Shown: piece by piece, positions 23,285 through 37,133 of the stretch
Numbering within the stretch: the first letter of the stretch is position 1
How the letters are laid out: every line of letters begins with the position of its first letter
Assembly (NCBI RefSeq): GCF_006345805.1
Contig: NC_043001.1
Location: forward strand, 64,480,001 to 64,544,000
DNA from: Octopus sinensis
Taxonomy: Eukaryota
Direction: 5' to 3'
Length of the DNA stretch: 64,000 nucleotides
The notes under the pieces: model-generated
The model's input: only the letters and a program-made list of their open reading frames with translations
Databases searched by the model: none
Told to the model about the DNA's origin: nothing
Program-made: the position numbers and the translations under genes

Positions 23285-24955
23285 TCATATTTATTATATC
23301 AAAGACAATGTCATTTTGTGTTCGTGTATTACTTATACATTTGAAAACCGCTGCACCGATCATAATGAAATTTGGAACACAAAATCGAAGCCTAGGGAGA
23401 AGAGTAATGCTGTGTGTTTCATGCAATTTCATGGACCAAAATTACTGAATGGATCCTTATGATATTTGAAACTTAGATTCAATGCATAAGGGCGGGTATA
23501 ATGCAATATGTTTGGTTTGAATTTCGGATGGCTTAAAGGGAGCAGAACCCCCATGAAAATTCATAAATTTTCGATGTTGATGATATTTCAACCATAGGTC
23601 ATTGACACACATCAAGAAGTATTCTCAAAGTTTCCACTTCACATGAGGATTCTAAGACACTCTAATGGGGGCCTTAACTCCCAAACTTTACTCATTCTTT
23701 TATGATTCAAAACTACATCAAAAGTACTGAATGGATCTTTACGAAATTTGGAAATTATATTCTATGCATAAGGGCCACAACCCCCATGACAATTCATATA
23801 TTTTTCCTATTGATGAAATTTTAACCATAGATATTAGATACAAATGAAGTAATATTTATAAAATTTCATCTTCTTACGAGTTAGAAAGACCCCTTCATGG
23901 GGACTTAACACCCACAATTTTGTCCTTTTATCTAAGCAAAGACAAATAGTTGTACTCTTGGAAGCTGTGGGGCCCTCCGAGCATAGAAGATGAGCATTAT
24001 TTGTAATTCAATGGTACAACAGTGTAACAGTTTGCTTTGACATACACTTAGATTGTGATTTCTGCAATGTGCTGCATAAATTGTCAAGTAAATGAGAGGC
24101 ACCTTTGCCTCCACTGATTCAGTTGCAAAGTGTTGAGTAAAGTTATTTGATTGCAGATCTCCTTTCAGTCTTTTTATTATCACTGGGTCACACATAGTCA
24201 TCACATGGTAACATTGATTTCAAGGCCTTCCCAGATGAGTGACTGGTTATTCAAAGACATTTATAGATTGTATATTTATTCTGTCCAGTTACGTATCAGT
24301 ATAGTGGTCATTTGCAAACTCCAACTTTCATTTCTCCTTAGCCCTCATGTCACACAGTTGTTAATGTTTATTTCAGTTGGGTCACACCCTTCCAATTGCT
24401 ATAGATTCGTAATGTATCTTATGGCTGTGCCTGTCACCTGCATGGTGAGGAATCCTACATTGGGAGTGGTAACAACTAGGGTACTGTAGCTGACTGCTTA
24501 TTGTGATCATTTGTCTTTTGTAGCTTTGCTCTCTTTTACAAACCCAGTGGACATATATTTCCTATTTCAAAGAAATTCAAACAATAGATATAAGACACAA
24601 GTTAAAAAGATTCTCAATAATTCAACTTCTCTGGTTGACATTAAGATGTCCACCCCCAATAGGTGCGTTAACTCTCACATTTTAGAGCTCCATGACCTCC
24701 ATTTTTCAGGAACAAAATCCTTTTAACAGGTTCTATAAGACTGGAATTTTGGAATATGTGCATAAAAATCAGTAGTATGGGATACATGTGGCACGATTAC
24801 AATTTTGTTTGGATGTGTAAAGAGGGAAATAACCCTCAACTGCAATTTTGATGAAATTCGAAACATAGGTATTCCAGTTCATTACAGAAAATATAACAAA
24901 AATGTCTAATTCTTCAATTGTATGTAACTCGGGCAACGCTGGGTAACTCTGCTAG
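23285..24955 (+). mobile_element. Non-autonomous Helitron-like element containing a Penelope-like fragment (about 23930-24850, - strand)
   Basis: 3' end ctcgggcaacgctggg...CTAG at 24955, homologous to the end at 32118. Internal minus-strand remnants IPYY*FL (thumb-like) and IYAAHCRNHNL (GIY-YIG-like). 5' boundary approximate. Confidence 0.6.
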
Positions 24956-25064
24956 TATAAATATATACATATGAAATTAAATATTTTGTTTTCAAAATAT
25001 TATTGTTCACATAACATAGCCTATATATAAATGCTATGTGAACGATTTTATATATATATATATA

Positions 25065-26407
25065 CTAGCTGAAGGTGACCCGCTCTACGCGCGGGTAAGA
25101 GTGTAGTTGTTACTTTCTGTTGCTTCCTTTCAGCACGTAAAAAGCACCATCCGAACGTGGCTGATTGCAGTACCGCCTTGACTTGCTTCTGTGCCGGTGG
25201 CACGTAAAAAGTACCAACCGATCGTTGCCGCTGTGAGCCCCCCTGGCACCTGTGCCGGCGGCACGAAAAAAGCACCCTTTACACTCACCTGTAGAAACAC
25301 TGCCAGATCAGACTGGAGCCTGGTGCAGCTTCCTGGCTTCCCAGACCCCGGTCACACTGTCCAACCCGTGCTAGCATGGAAAACGGACGTTAAACGATGA
25401 TGATGATGATGATTCTCCCTCTTTGTTTCTCTCTCCTTTCTCTCTCACTTTCCCACTCTCTTAATTTTCTTTTCTCTCGGACTCTCCCTCGCTTTCTCTT
25501 ACTCTCTATCTTTATCTATCTCTCTCCCATTTATAAACAACAGAAGATCTTGAGTAAGTTGAGAAATAAAATATTTAGAAAGATCAATCATAAATATCAG
25601 GCAGTGGCAACGAAAATGTCTGAAAAACCAAAAACCAAAAACAAAAACAAAAACATAAAAAAAATATAATATATAAAATATATAAAATATAAAATTGAAA
25701 AATTTAAATTATTTAAATTGAAAATAAAATTTATTAAATTATATTTATAATTTGTTTAAAAATATATATAACTATGAAAAAGTATGAAAAAGTTTAATAT
25801 ACATAAATACAGATATATACACTTTGTATATATACATTATATATACATATTTATATATAGAACACACACACACATACATTATATATACATATTTATATAT
25901 AGAACACACGTACACACACACAGTGCGGAAAACAGACGTTAAACGATGATGATGATGATGATGATGATTTATATATAGAACACACACACACAAACACACA
26001 CACATATAAATGAACACAAGAATATCTGATTCATAATATTTGTTCTCATGCTTGTATGTTGTTGGTGACAGACAGATACATAAAAGAACGTCGATGTGAT
26101 GGGAAGGTAAGGAAACAGAGTGAGTGAAAAAGAGAGGAAATAGCGAGATTGATTTTAGGAAGACAGATACTTTAAATAACGGTAGTGTCATTGTCAAAGT
26201 TATATTTGAAGGGGAGTGAGAGGGTAATGGAGGAAATAGCGTGAGTGAGGAAGATGGCCCCTAGCAACCACACCTTCTAAGGTAGCCCACAGGCATCGTC
26301 ACCTCATTCTATATGTCACTGTAAATTTTGGAGCGAATCGGACGGGATGTAGTGGAATTGAAAGCGATCCAAGCGGTAAAAACGCATTTCAGTTTTATAT
26401 ATAGAGA
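25065..26407 (-). mobile_element. Non-autonomous Helitron copy A carrying an RTE 3' tail (about 25125-25410, +)
   Basis: Minus-strand 5' TCTCTATATATAAAACTGAAATGCG and 3' acccgcgcgtagagcgggt hairpin plus CTAG; homologous to 49875-51834. Confidence 0.8.
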
Positions 26408-28243
26408 CATATATTGAGTTTAAAGGCATATATTATCCTGGTGGTTACTGTCTTTTCTCTCAAGTCAGTTTCGGCTGTCTGTATGTAGTACTTGAGCTAA
26501 CAATGAGTTGTTAGTCCCTGGTAACTTCTCTCATTGGGTCATTCTGTGTGTCTTGTTCAGGACTGCATATGTTCTGTAGAATAATTAATAACTTTCGTAT
26601 TGACAAAGAGTCTGGAGATTTTTCACACTCATAATTTTATTTAACAGTTATTTACAGCATATTTTCTGGACCTACATGTGTTTCAGCTACAATGACTGCA
26701 CACTGTTTGATATGCAATCTAGCTGTTGGTAGGTGCAGTTTCCTCAGGGTCCTGCACCCTAGACCATTTTGAAGTAAACTTAAGGGATCAATAAACTGAA
26801 TGAATAAAGTGTCTGCTTGTTGGTGTTCAGTGGGAGGTAGGTGTGATATTAATAATCATTGAAATCTTGACCTAGGGTTCACCTCTACTATTGTTGTAAG
26901 TGAATCTAAACATGGTCCTAAAATAGGTCAAGGTTGAATTAAATGTGTATGTAGATTTATTATTAATTCTAAAAATTTATTGTTCCTCCTGTTGCAAAGA
27001 GTACATTATTATTGTAGGGGTATTCTATTATGTTTGATTTATATTTTTGGTTCTTGGTTTCTCAATTATTATTGTTGTTGTTATTATTATTATTATATAT
27101 AGTGTCATGTGTTTATTTAAATTGTTTAAATGTATATCTTCTTGTGTAAAGGCATCTCAGTGCTCATTCCTGCCTTGTGTTTATTAGATTAAAATTTGAA
27201 GTGAAAATTTGGTACATTTCCTCTATGCATAAATCACATCTCTTACCACCTATTTTATAAGGTTTAGCTCAACTAATAATATCCCAGCCTATCGAATAGA
27301 TTTTATTATTGTAGTGGAATATATAGATAGTACAATGTGTTTGATGTGGCTGTGTGTATGTTATCACAAGAGTCCATACAGAGATGAAAGAATAAATACA
27401 AGATCTATACATTTACTACATAAAAAATATATTTAATTCTTCTTTCAATGATAATACATGGAATCAAATTGTAGAAGCTAGTTGAATGAAGTAATCTTAT
27501 GCAAGAAAATTCAGAGATAGGAAATGTAGAACAATAGCGAAGTGGTAGCTTTCAGTCATATCAGCTATGAAGCATAGCAACGACATGAATGGCTCTAAGT
27601 CTAAAGCTGTTTTTATTAATGGAACACTAGACATTCTAGAATTTCCAAGAGAAACGCCAAGCTTCTTGAATAATTAAGAATCATGTTTCTTGACAATGAT
27701 TCTTCAAGAAATTCAGAAAGGGAGGTTGCTCTATGATCTTTCTTGCAAGAGAGATCATTCAACTATCTATCTACTGCTACACTATCTTTCAGTGACCAAA
27801 CAAGCTTAGTTAGGCTAGTGTTATGTACTTTGTCCCTATATTTAAAAGAATTTAAATGACTAGCTATCCTTTGTTTGACAAAACTAATATAAAAAATATT
27901 CCTTATTTCCTGAGGTAACTTTACATCTGCAGACTACGTTTTTAGTCTTACATCTAAAATTTAATGGACATTGTTTATTCCTTGTACAATCACATGTACT
28001 GGTTCCATTTCTATGATTATTTTCTCTCTTGGCTTCACTTGGGGTGATTTCTAAATTATTTTACCAATTTTTAGACTGCATATTGAATGGTGCTAGGTTG
28101 CATACCAAATAGTGCACAGTCATTGCAGTTGAAATGTGTAGGTCTGAAAAATCTGCTGTAAATAATTCTTAAATCAAATTATGGATGTGAAAAGTTTCCA
28201 GTCTCCTTGTGATTATATATGTATAATCATAAGTCTCCTTATG

Positions 28244-28289
<46 letters not shown>

Positions 28290-28303
<14 letters not shown>

Positions 28304-28694
28304 TGAGAATGTGTGTCTGTCTGTCTGTGTGTTTCCCTAAAACTTGAGAACTACACAACCAATTTCATTCAAATTTTACACATGCCTTACTTAAGGTCCG
28401 GGGAGTGTCATTGGCAAAGAAAATGTTAACTTTTTCCCTAGGGTGACCCCACAGCAATATCTTCTCCACTATTTCATTATTACGTGTTAAAAGTGAAACA
28501 AAAACATCTCTCTATTGTAATGCAGACACTTTCATTTTAATACTGAAACTATTAAAATGAAAGTATTATATAACAGGGATGAACCATAAATAGTGGTCAT
28601 CGTTTTTGCTAGAAGATCCGCTATGGTCTTATATGCTACACCACTGGTTTTCAATTCATATTAATCAAATTAATATTCAATTTTTCACCCTTAT

Positions 28695-28729
<35 letters not shown>

Positions 28730-31700
28730 TAGCAATTCGTATAAAATTGCATCAATGACTTGAACTTGAATTAGTGGTTTCACATAAATGGGGATACATT
28801 AAAAAGGTTTGTTGTTATTATTACTGTTTGACTATTGTAATCACGTTTGTTGGTTCCTCGTCAGGGAAATGTTGTTGTGTTGCATTTGTTAAATAATTGT
28901 AAACCGTAACCCTCCCCCTTTCGGAGAAGGGGCTTTGGTTATTGTTTAAAAATTGATTTGCGTCCCTGTTTGGGAAAATTGACAATATTTTCACCGTCTT
29001 TACGGAAGCGTTTTTGTTAAAGTGCCTTCAATAGAAGAAAGTCCAAAAATCCATTTCGCTGCAGCCGTACACTTCTGTACAAGAGGGAGGACAAGATCCA
29101 ATTGATCGAAATTGCAAGAGATGGGCCTACAATTCCAGTCTGTTATATATTTTGAGTATTGTTATCACTAGCGATATCAAGATATAACTTTGTATTTTGT
29201 ATTTTATGTGTAGATGTCTATATATATATATGTACATGTAATATGTACACATATATATACACATATATACATGCATAATATATCTACCCATACACACATA
29301 CGCAAACACACACTTACATAGGGGCAGGTGTGGCTGTGTGGTAACAAACTACGTTCGAAACACATGGTCCTGGGTTCAGTCCCACTGTGTGGTGACTTGG
29401 CATGTGTCTTCTGCTGTAGCCTCAGACCAACAAAAGCCTTGTCAGTGGATTTTGTACATATATACAGGTATACATACATATATATACATGCATACATACA
29501 TATTCGGCATAAACACTCTACCACTACAACTAATAACTGTTGGGAACACTTTCAAACCTGCCTTACATTCGAACCGGAATCTCAACGCCCGAGTTTTCCA
29601 TCTGAAGTTAATCTCTCTCATGGAGCTCATACAAAAAGGGCAAGTCTTTGGGCCCTTACAATGTGACATGTACACAATCGAGTGGCAAAAACATGCTTAT
29701 AACCTGCTTTGGCTCTGAACGAAGATCAATTCCAATGACATCGACAAGATAATCTCAGCAGAGCATCCTGATCCAGCTTTAGACAAAGAACTATACAAAA
29801 TAGTTAAAGCAAACATGGTACATGGTCCATGTGGGCGTGGATTCAACATAAACACATCATGCTTGAAGGACAGCATATGTTCAAAAAGATTTCCAAGGAG
29901 GTTCCTACAAGAAACTCAGACAGGTGCTGATGGGTATCCATCATACAGACGCAGAAAACCAGAAGACGGAGGTTTCACAGCAACTATCGGGCAGCACGAT
30001 ATTGATAATAGATAGATTGTTCCATACTGCCTACTCCTGTCAAAGACTTTCAATGCCCACATCAACGTTGAGTTTTGCAACTCCGTTAAATCCATCAAGT
30101 ACGTTTGCAAATATGACAACAAGGGTTCTGACGCTGCAATGTTTGGGCTTCAACAAGAAGAATACTGCCAGGATGAGGTGACGCATTATCAGGTGGGACG
30201 GTACATAAGTATGCAATTTTAGGAGAGGCTGCTTTATCACAATCACCTAAAAGTCTCAGGGCACTATTTGCAGTATTACTACAGGCATACGAACTGTGTG
30301 ATCCGGCCACTCTATGGCTCAAATATAGAGACAACCTGGCTGAAGACTTTCAGCGCCAAGCTCAACTGCTCTATCCTGACATGGAGGGTATCAGCAATGA
30401 AATCTATAACAAAACACTCATTGACATTGAAGACAGAATTGCTAAACTGGGTGGAAATGAATTGTCGACGTATGGCCTGCCACAAGCATTCAGGTCAGGG
30501 TCAAATAGCCTTCCCATTGCTGTCATTTGTGAAACAACCTACGACACTGAAGTGCTTTCAAAGTACATTGTTGAAAATGAGCCTAAATTACTTCCGGACC
30601 AGCTGCAGGCCTACAGAACTATTCTTAACATTCTATGCCAATGTGAGGGACGAATCTTCTTCCTCGATGCTCCTTGAGGGACAGGAAAAACATTTATTAC
30701 AAAGCTTCTCCTTGCAGAAGTTACGCAGTATCAGGACATTGCAGTAGCTGTAGCCTCCTCTGGCATTGCAGCTACTTTGTTACCCGGTGGCAGGACAGCA
30801 CACTCAACTTTTAAACTCCCTCTCAATTTAGCAGCATCCGAAATGCCTTCATGCAACATCAACAAAAGCTCAGATCAGGGACAAGTACTTAAAATGTGTC
30901 ATCTAATTGTCTGGGATGAGTGCACTATGGCTCACAAGGGAGCTTTGGAAGCATTAGATAGAGCTCTGAAAGACATCCGAGACTGTCAGGCTCCAATGGG
31001 AGGTGTAACGCTTCTGTTGTCAGGTGATTTCAGGCAAACTCTTCCTGTCATTCCGAAAGGCACTAGAGCAGATGAAGTACAAGCATGCCTAAAGTCCTCT
31101 ACCCTGTGGCATTATATTACAATCCTCAGTCTCACCACTAACATGAGAGCTCGGCTACACGGCGACAGAATGTCCACAAAGTTTGCACAGGACATTTTGA
31201 CACTTGGTGAAGGCAAGATGCCTCTCGATGCTGCAGGACAAATGGAAGTGTGGTCATTTTCCTCTGTTGTTAATTCTGTAGATGACCTCAAAAACAAAGT
31301 CTTTCCCAACTTCACACAAAATTACCAAAATCACAACTGACTGTGTGAAAGAGCAATATTAGCTCCAAAAAACGTTGCTGTTAACAAAATTAATCAACAG
31401 CTAATGCATTCTCTTCCCGGCACTATACACACTTACAAGTCTGTTGATACAATTCCAGATATAAATGAAGTTGTGAACTATCCTCCTGAATTTCTCAATC
31501 CACTGGAGCCTCCTGGACTACCTCCACACATATTAGCACTTAAAGTTGGAACTCCTGTAATGCTACTCTGCAATCTGGAACCACCAAGACTTTGCAATGG
31601 AACACGACTGGTGATAAAGAAAATGATGTCACGTGTTATCAAGGCGATCATTCTTTCTGGGTGTGGAAAAGGTGATGTCTTTATTCCAAGATTTCCTCTT

Positions 31701-32118
31701 ACTCCATCAGGAGCAGAAATTCCATTTACATTCAGAAGACTGCAATTCCCCCTTCGTGTCAGCTTTGCCATGTCCATTAACAAATCTCAGGGTCAAACCC
31801 TCTCTAGCTGGTCTTCTCTTGGAAGAGCCCTGCTTCTCGCATGGGCAACTGTATGTTGGCTGCTCAAGAGTAGGAACCAAAAGAAACCTTTTGGTATATG
31901 CTCCACAAGGAAAAACAAGGAACATTGTTTACAACGAGGTGTTATAATCTCCACAACCAGGAGGTATATACATGATCCCCTTTTTTTTAACAAACTTCAT
32001 GTACTTTCATGTATTTATATTAATATACATATATGTGTGTGTGTATCCATATATATATAACAGAAAAGTCTAATTCTTCAATTGAATGTAACCGGGCAAC
32101 GCCAGGTATCTCTGCTAG
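28290..32118 (+). mobile_element. Large degenerate Helitron with Rep and PIF1 helicase remnants
   Basis: Rep motifs IEWQKH, MVHGPCG, HINVEFCNSVKSIKYVCKY; helicase [59 protein letters not shown]; 3' hairpin gggcaacgccagg plus CTAG at 32118. Confidence 0.93.
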
Positions 32119-32120
32119 TA

Positions 32121-33162
32121 TCTCTCTATATATAAAACTGAGAATGTGTGTCTGTCTGTCTGTCTGTCTCTGTGTGTTTCCCCAAAACTTGAGAACTACA
32201 CAACTAATTTCATTCTAATTTTACACATGCCTTACTTAGGGTCCATGTAGTTTCATGGGAAAAAAAAAGTTCAACTTCTTGCCTAGAGCGAGCCCATAGC
32301 AATATCATATCTTCTCCACTATTTCAGTATTACGTGTTAAAAGTGAAACAAAAACATTTCTCTATTTTATGTCAGATACTTTCACTTCAACAATAAAAAT
32401 AATAATAACAATTGAATTATATGTAGTAAGTAATAATTAAAATCAAACTAAAGCATAATATAGTCGTAACATAACAAAAGTAAAAATAGCAATTGGTATA
32501 AAATTGCATCAATGACTTGATCTTGAATAAGTGGTTTCACATGAATGGGAATAAATTAAAAATAAAATTAGCGTGCAGAAATGGAATAGTCCAGATGGAT
32601 AATAAAAAATTAAATTAAAGAAAAGACTATTGTCTATAAAGTATACAATGTAGAGAAAAAAGAAGATTTGAACACCTGGAGGAAAGCACCATTGAAAAGT
32701 GTCTTGGTGCGACTATGAAAGATATCTAATCAGAGGTGGTAAATTCGCCACAATAGACGCAAGGTTTGAGTCAACGGAGCATGCAAGGGAGTACTCGACT
32801 CGAACTTGCAAAGTGGAAATATTTTATTTTTACCTTTATATCTGGGACATAGGATGTGCTGGATAAAAATTAAAAATGTCCCCACCCTTTCAGAAGTTGA
32901 GGTAGGCTGGGTTGTAGCCACACTTCTATACAAGAGGGAGGACAAGATACAATTGATCGAAATTGCAAGAGAGGGGCTTACAATTCCAGTCTGTTATATA
33001 TTTTGAGTATTGTTATCACTAGCGATATCAAGATATAACTTTGTATTTTGTATTCTTTGTGTAGATGTATATATATAGATGTACATATAATATGTACACA
33101 TATATATACACATATATACATGCACTAGCACTATGACCTGGCAACGACGGGTCATAATGCTA

Positions 33163-33163
<1 letters not shown>
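32121..33163 (+). mobile_element. Non-autonomous Helitron, head-to-tail with the previous copy
   Basis: 5' TCTCTCTATATATAAAACTGAGAATG 2 bp after the previous CTAG; 3' actagcactatgacc...ggtcataatgCTAG. Confidence 0.8.
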
Positions 33164-33210
<47 letters not shown>

Positions 33211-33218
33211 TAATGCTA

Positions 33219-33306
<88 letters not shown>

Positions 33307-33399
33307 AGGCAAATAAGAAAATGGAGAGGATATCAAATCAACAAACATCAGCCAGTAAACATTCAATTATATCTATTTATTAAATAATTATAAACATAT

Positions 33400-33745
33400 A
33401 ACCACATGGTTCTGGGTTCAGCTCCATTGCGTGGCACCTTGGACAAGTGTCTTCTACTATAGCCTTGGGCCAACCAAAGCCTTGTGAGTGGATTTGGTAG
33501 ACAGAAACTGAAAGAAGCCTGTTGTATATATATATACATACATGTATTTATATGTTTGTTTGTCTGTGTTTGTCTCTCCACCATCGCTTGACAACTGATG
33601 CTGGTGTGTTTACGTCCCCGTCACTTAGCCGTTCAGCAAGAGAGACCGATAGAATAAGTACTAGGCTTACAAAGAATAAGTCCTGGGGTTGATTTGCTCA
33701 ACTAAAGGCGGTGCTCCAGCATGGCCACAGTCAAATGACAAATAA
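33400..33745 (+). mobile_element. Octopus-type SINE, 5'-truncated
   Basis: accacatggttctgggttcag...aaaggcggtgctccagcatggccacagtcaaatgac. Confidence 0.85.
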
Positions 33746-33812
33746 ATTAAAAATTTGTGTGAGTGATACAAATTAATGATTGAAATAAGTCAATAACTGC
33801 ATAAACAGATAC

Positions 33813-33846
<34 letters not shown>

Positions 33847-33849
33847 AAT

Positions 33850-34306
33850 ATATATTTGCATTGTTGATTGCAAATTTGGGTAAACAATTTGTTTCTTTTT
33901 CTTTGCTGTAGTACAACCTGTAAAGTCATGGTGACAGAAATAGCAATCATTAGAGTGATCTTTCTGCTCACACCAAATCATTGGCACACCAAACTTCATG
34001 TGAACGTTTTTTCTTGCATACCAGGCACTCAATGTCTTCACACATGTAAGGCAACACACATGACTTATCCTGGTCTCCTAAGTAACAATCGAAGTACGCC
34101 TTATATTTTCTTGATATGGCATGTAATACTGTGCTTTTCTTTAGCAAAAGTCAGTTCCCCACAGATATAACAGAATCTGTTTGGATCGTTTTTGCACTCA
34201 TTGTTGAAAACAAATAAGATCTGAAAGATAAAAATAACATTAAACACAAGCTTTGAATCACATTGAATCTCTAGCCCTGGGTTGAAACACATTTTACAAT
34301 GCAGTG
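33850..34306 (-). mobile_element. Chapaev(3)-like DNA transposon 5' remnant
   Basis: CACTG terminus; transposase N-terminal motifs CKNDPNRFCYICGE and FGVPMIWCEQKDHSNDCYFC. Family assignment is from memory of these motifs. Confidence 0.6.
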
Positions 34307-34869
34307 GAGAATTTTATTTAATAATAATGACAAAAAGGGTATACAGTGACAATTTTGTAGAAACCCTGCCTAATTCAACAAAAAGAAGGCCAGAAATGGA
34401 TTTCCCATGTCATTTTGCATATAAAAATGGCCACAGATCTCTTGTACTTTTTTGAGTGTTGCACTGTGTTATTTATAGTTAGTCCCAAACTTGAGTTTCT
34501 GTATTAATGAACAAATAAATTAATTTGTCATCTCTCTGTGGGATCGCCTCAGACAATATATAATTATGTAGCAAATACACACCAAAATTCCATGTGTGCT
34601 GCATACTTATACATTTATGTTTTCAATCCAAGTGCAGTCATATAGTTAGCAGCAAATAATAAAATTAAAACTGCTTACCAATCTTTGAAATTATGAAAAT
34701 ATTATACACTTTGAAATTATGAAAATATTATACACTTTTATATATGAAAATATGTAGTCTATTGACTTTTACTATGCGTGCTAGCCACTGGCATAAAATT
34801 TTTCTAAATTTCCTACCCTTTTAATTTTCAGAGTATATATATATATCACTTTCATAGACAGTTTCAGTT

Positions 34870-35330
34870 GATGATTGGGAGAGGGAGGCACAAGACCGAA
34901 ATGGATGGAGGAAAAGAGTGCACGATGGTTATTCGAAGTTTGAAGGAGAGAGAATGAAGCATGAGAAGATCAAGAGAAGGCTTAGAAAGAATGAACCTGT
35001 GGAAAATGAGGGAGTGTTGCTTTTTATGTGTGTGATTTGTTGGAGGAAATGCTTGAGTCATGCAGGCCTGGTTAGCTATCAGAGAACTCGCAAGAATCAT
35101 CCCTTTGTAAATACAGCTATTGTTCGCAATAGAGCATGTGCAGCCTGTGGAAAGGTGTACCTTTCAGTTGGAGGATTGAAAAGGCATGTCTAAAGACTTC
35201 ATACTGTGGCACCTGTTCCATCTGCCAGCCAGTTAAGCTGTGCATTATGCAATAGGATGTGCAAATCTTTGGCCAGGCTCAAGAGTCATACAAAGGCCTC
35301 ACATTGCATCATCAATGACTCATTTCATTG
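34870..35330 (+). mobile_element. LINE 3' remnant with C2H2-like zinc fingers (RTE-like C-terminus)
   Basis: CVICWRKCLSHAGLVSY, CAACGKVYLSVGGLKRH and CALCNRMCKSLARLKSH in one interrupted frame. Confidence 0.6.
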
Positions 35331-35375
35331 ATGCTTTCTTGCAATGGCTTTGCTTGTATACAAGAAAGCAGCTAC

Positions 35376-35424
<49 letters not shown>

Positions 35425-35791
35425 ATATATATGTATATATTTTTGCTATTATGCAAAAGTCCAAAATGTTGCTTTTTCAGAAAACAAAAAAATAGTTTCA
35501 CCATTCCATTTCTTTTTACGTTAAAAACAGTTTCAGCTTTACTATAATACTTTGTCGGGTGCATAGAATTGTGAATGTATGATATTTTCAGTCAGAAATA
35601 TTTTTGCAAAACTGTTGTATGTGGGACTTACTACACTTTGACAATTTTCATCTGAAGCAGCTGGAGATACAATAGTTTGACCAAAAGAACTGGCTATATC
35701 AAGCAAAATTAAATATTGAAAAAAACACATTTGGCCAAATTTGGACATACAACAGTTTAACATAATAGCAGCGGTATATATATTATATATA

Positions 35792-35822
<31 letters not shown>

Positions 35823-35892
35823 ATATGAGAAAATATTCCAAACTTACAGGGAAAAATTCAATTTAGAAATACTAAATCAAATTTCACAAAAT

Positions 35893-35958
<66 letters not shown>

Positions 35959-35964
35959 TATATT

Positions 35965-36190
35965 ACTCTTTTACTCTTTACTCTTTTACTTGTTTCAGTC
36001 ATTTGACTGCGGCCATGCTGGAGCACCACTTTTAGTCGAGCAAATCGACCCCGGGACCTATTCTTGTAAGCCCAGTCTCTTTTGCCGAACCGCTAAGTGA
36101 CGGGGACGTAAACACACCAGCATCGGTTGTCAAGCAATGCTAGGGGGACAAACACAGACACACAAACATATACACACACACTTATATATA

Positions 36191-36234
<44 letters not shown>

Positions 36235-36417
36235 TATATATATATACATATATATGACAGGCTTCTTTCAGTTTCCGTCTACCAAATCCACTCACAAGGC
36301 ATTGGTCGGCCCGGGCTATAGCAGAAGACACTTGCCCAAGATGCCACACAGTGGGACTGAACCCGGAACCATGTGGTTGGTTAGCAAGCTACTTACCACA
36401 CAGCCAATCCTGCACCT
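35965..36417 (-). mobile_element. Octopus-type tRNA-derived SINE, near full length
   Basis: Head aggtgcaggattggctgtgtggtaag...ggttccgggttcagtcccactg; tail ...gcagtcaaatgactgaaacaag(taaaagag)n. Confidence 0.9.
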
Positions 36418-36549
36418 ATGTTTATGTATGTATATATCAATAATACAGTGATTGTTTCTTATCAGGAACAAAATGTTTAATAGGACTGCTATAGAAGTGC
36501 TCAATTAAATGAGATAAATATATTAAACTATGGTTGCAGAACAAACAAA

Positions 36550-37133
36550 TACAAGGTCATCCACGTAACATTTCATATCTCGAACATTTAATCATTTTTT
36601 CCCCTGACGAAGGAATAATCATTATGATGCACCCTCGTGCATTAAATACAGTGATGTACCCCTGAAATGGCCATAGGGAATGTAAATATGGTTTCTTCTT
36701 TTTTGCTTGGACAATGGCTTTTAACTATAGGTTTCCCTTATCTGAAAAGTAATTTTTAATGAAAAAAATTTCTAAACAATGAACTTTTATCTTACCTTAT
36801 ATATTATATATTACTTATTTATATGCTTCCTATATATATGTATTTTTATATATTTTTTATATATCTATATATTTATATATTACTTTATATTTTTACGTAT
36901 TTATTATTCTAGGTGTTGTAATGTTTTTGAAAAAAAATATATTTCTTAATCGCTAAAGTATTAACTTTTAACCGTGATGAACTGTATTCACACATTTTTC
37001 TTGCATTTTCTTATATGCTTGTACTGATGAGTTATGTTTCATCTTCCGTGATGTTATACATGTATATTCTATGTGAAAGAAAAAGCATTATGTGATTAAA
37101 TGTTCGAGATATGAAATGTTACGTGGATGACCT

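Noticed and set aside
37015-37090. Second hammerhead-like motif (CTGATGA...GAAA) in the TIR element
   Set aside because: No stem III or cleavage triplet, and stem II does not close.
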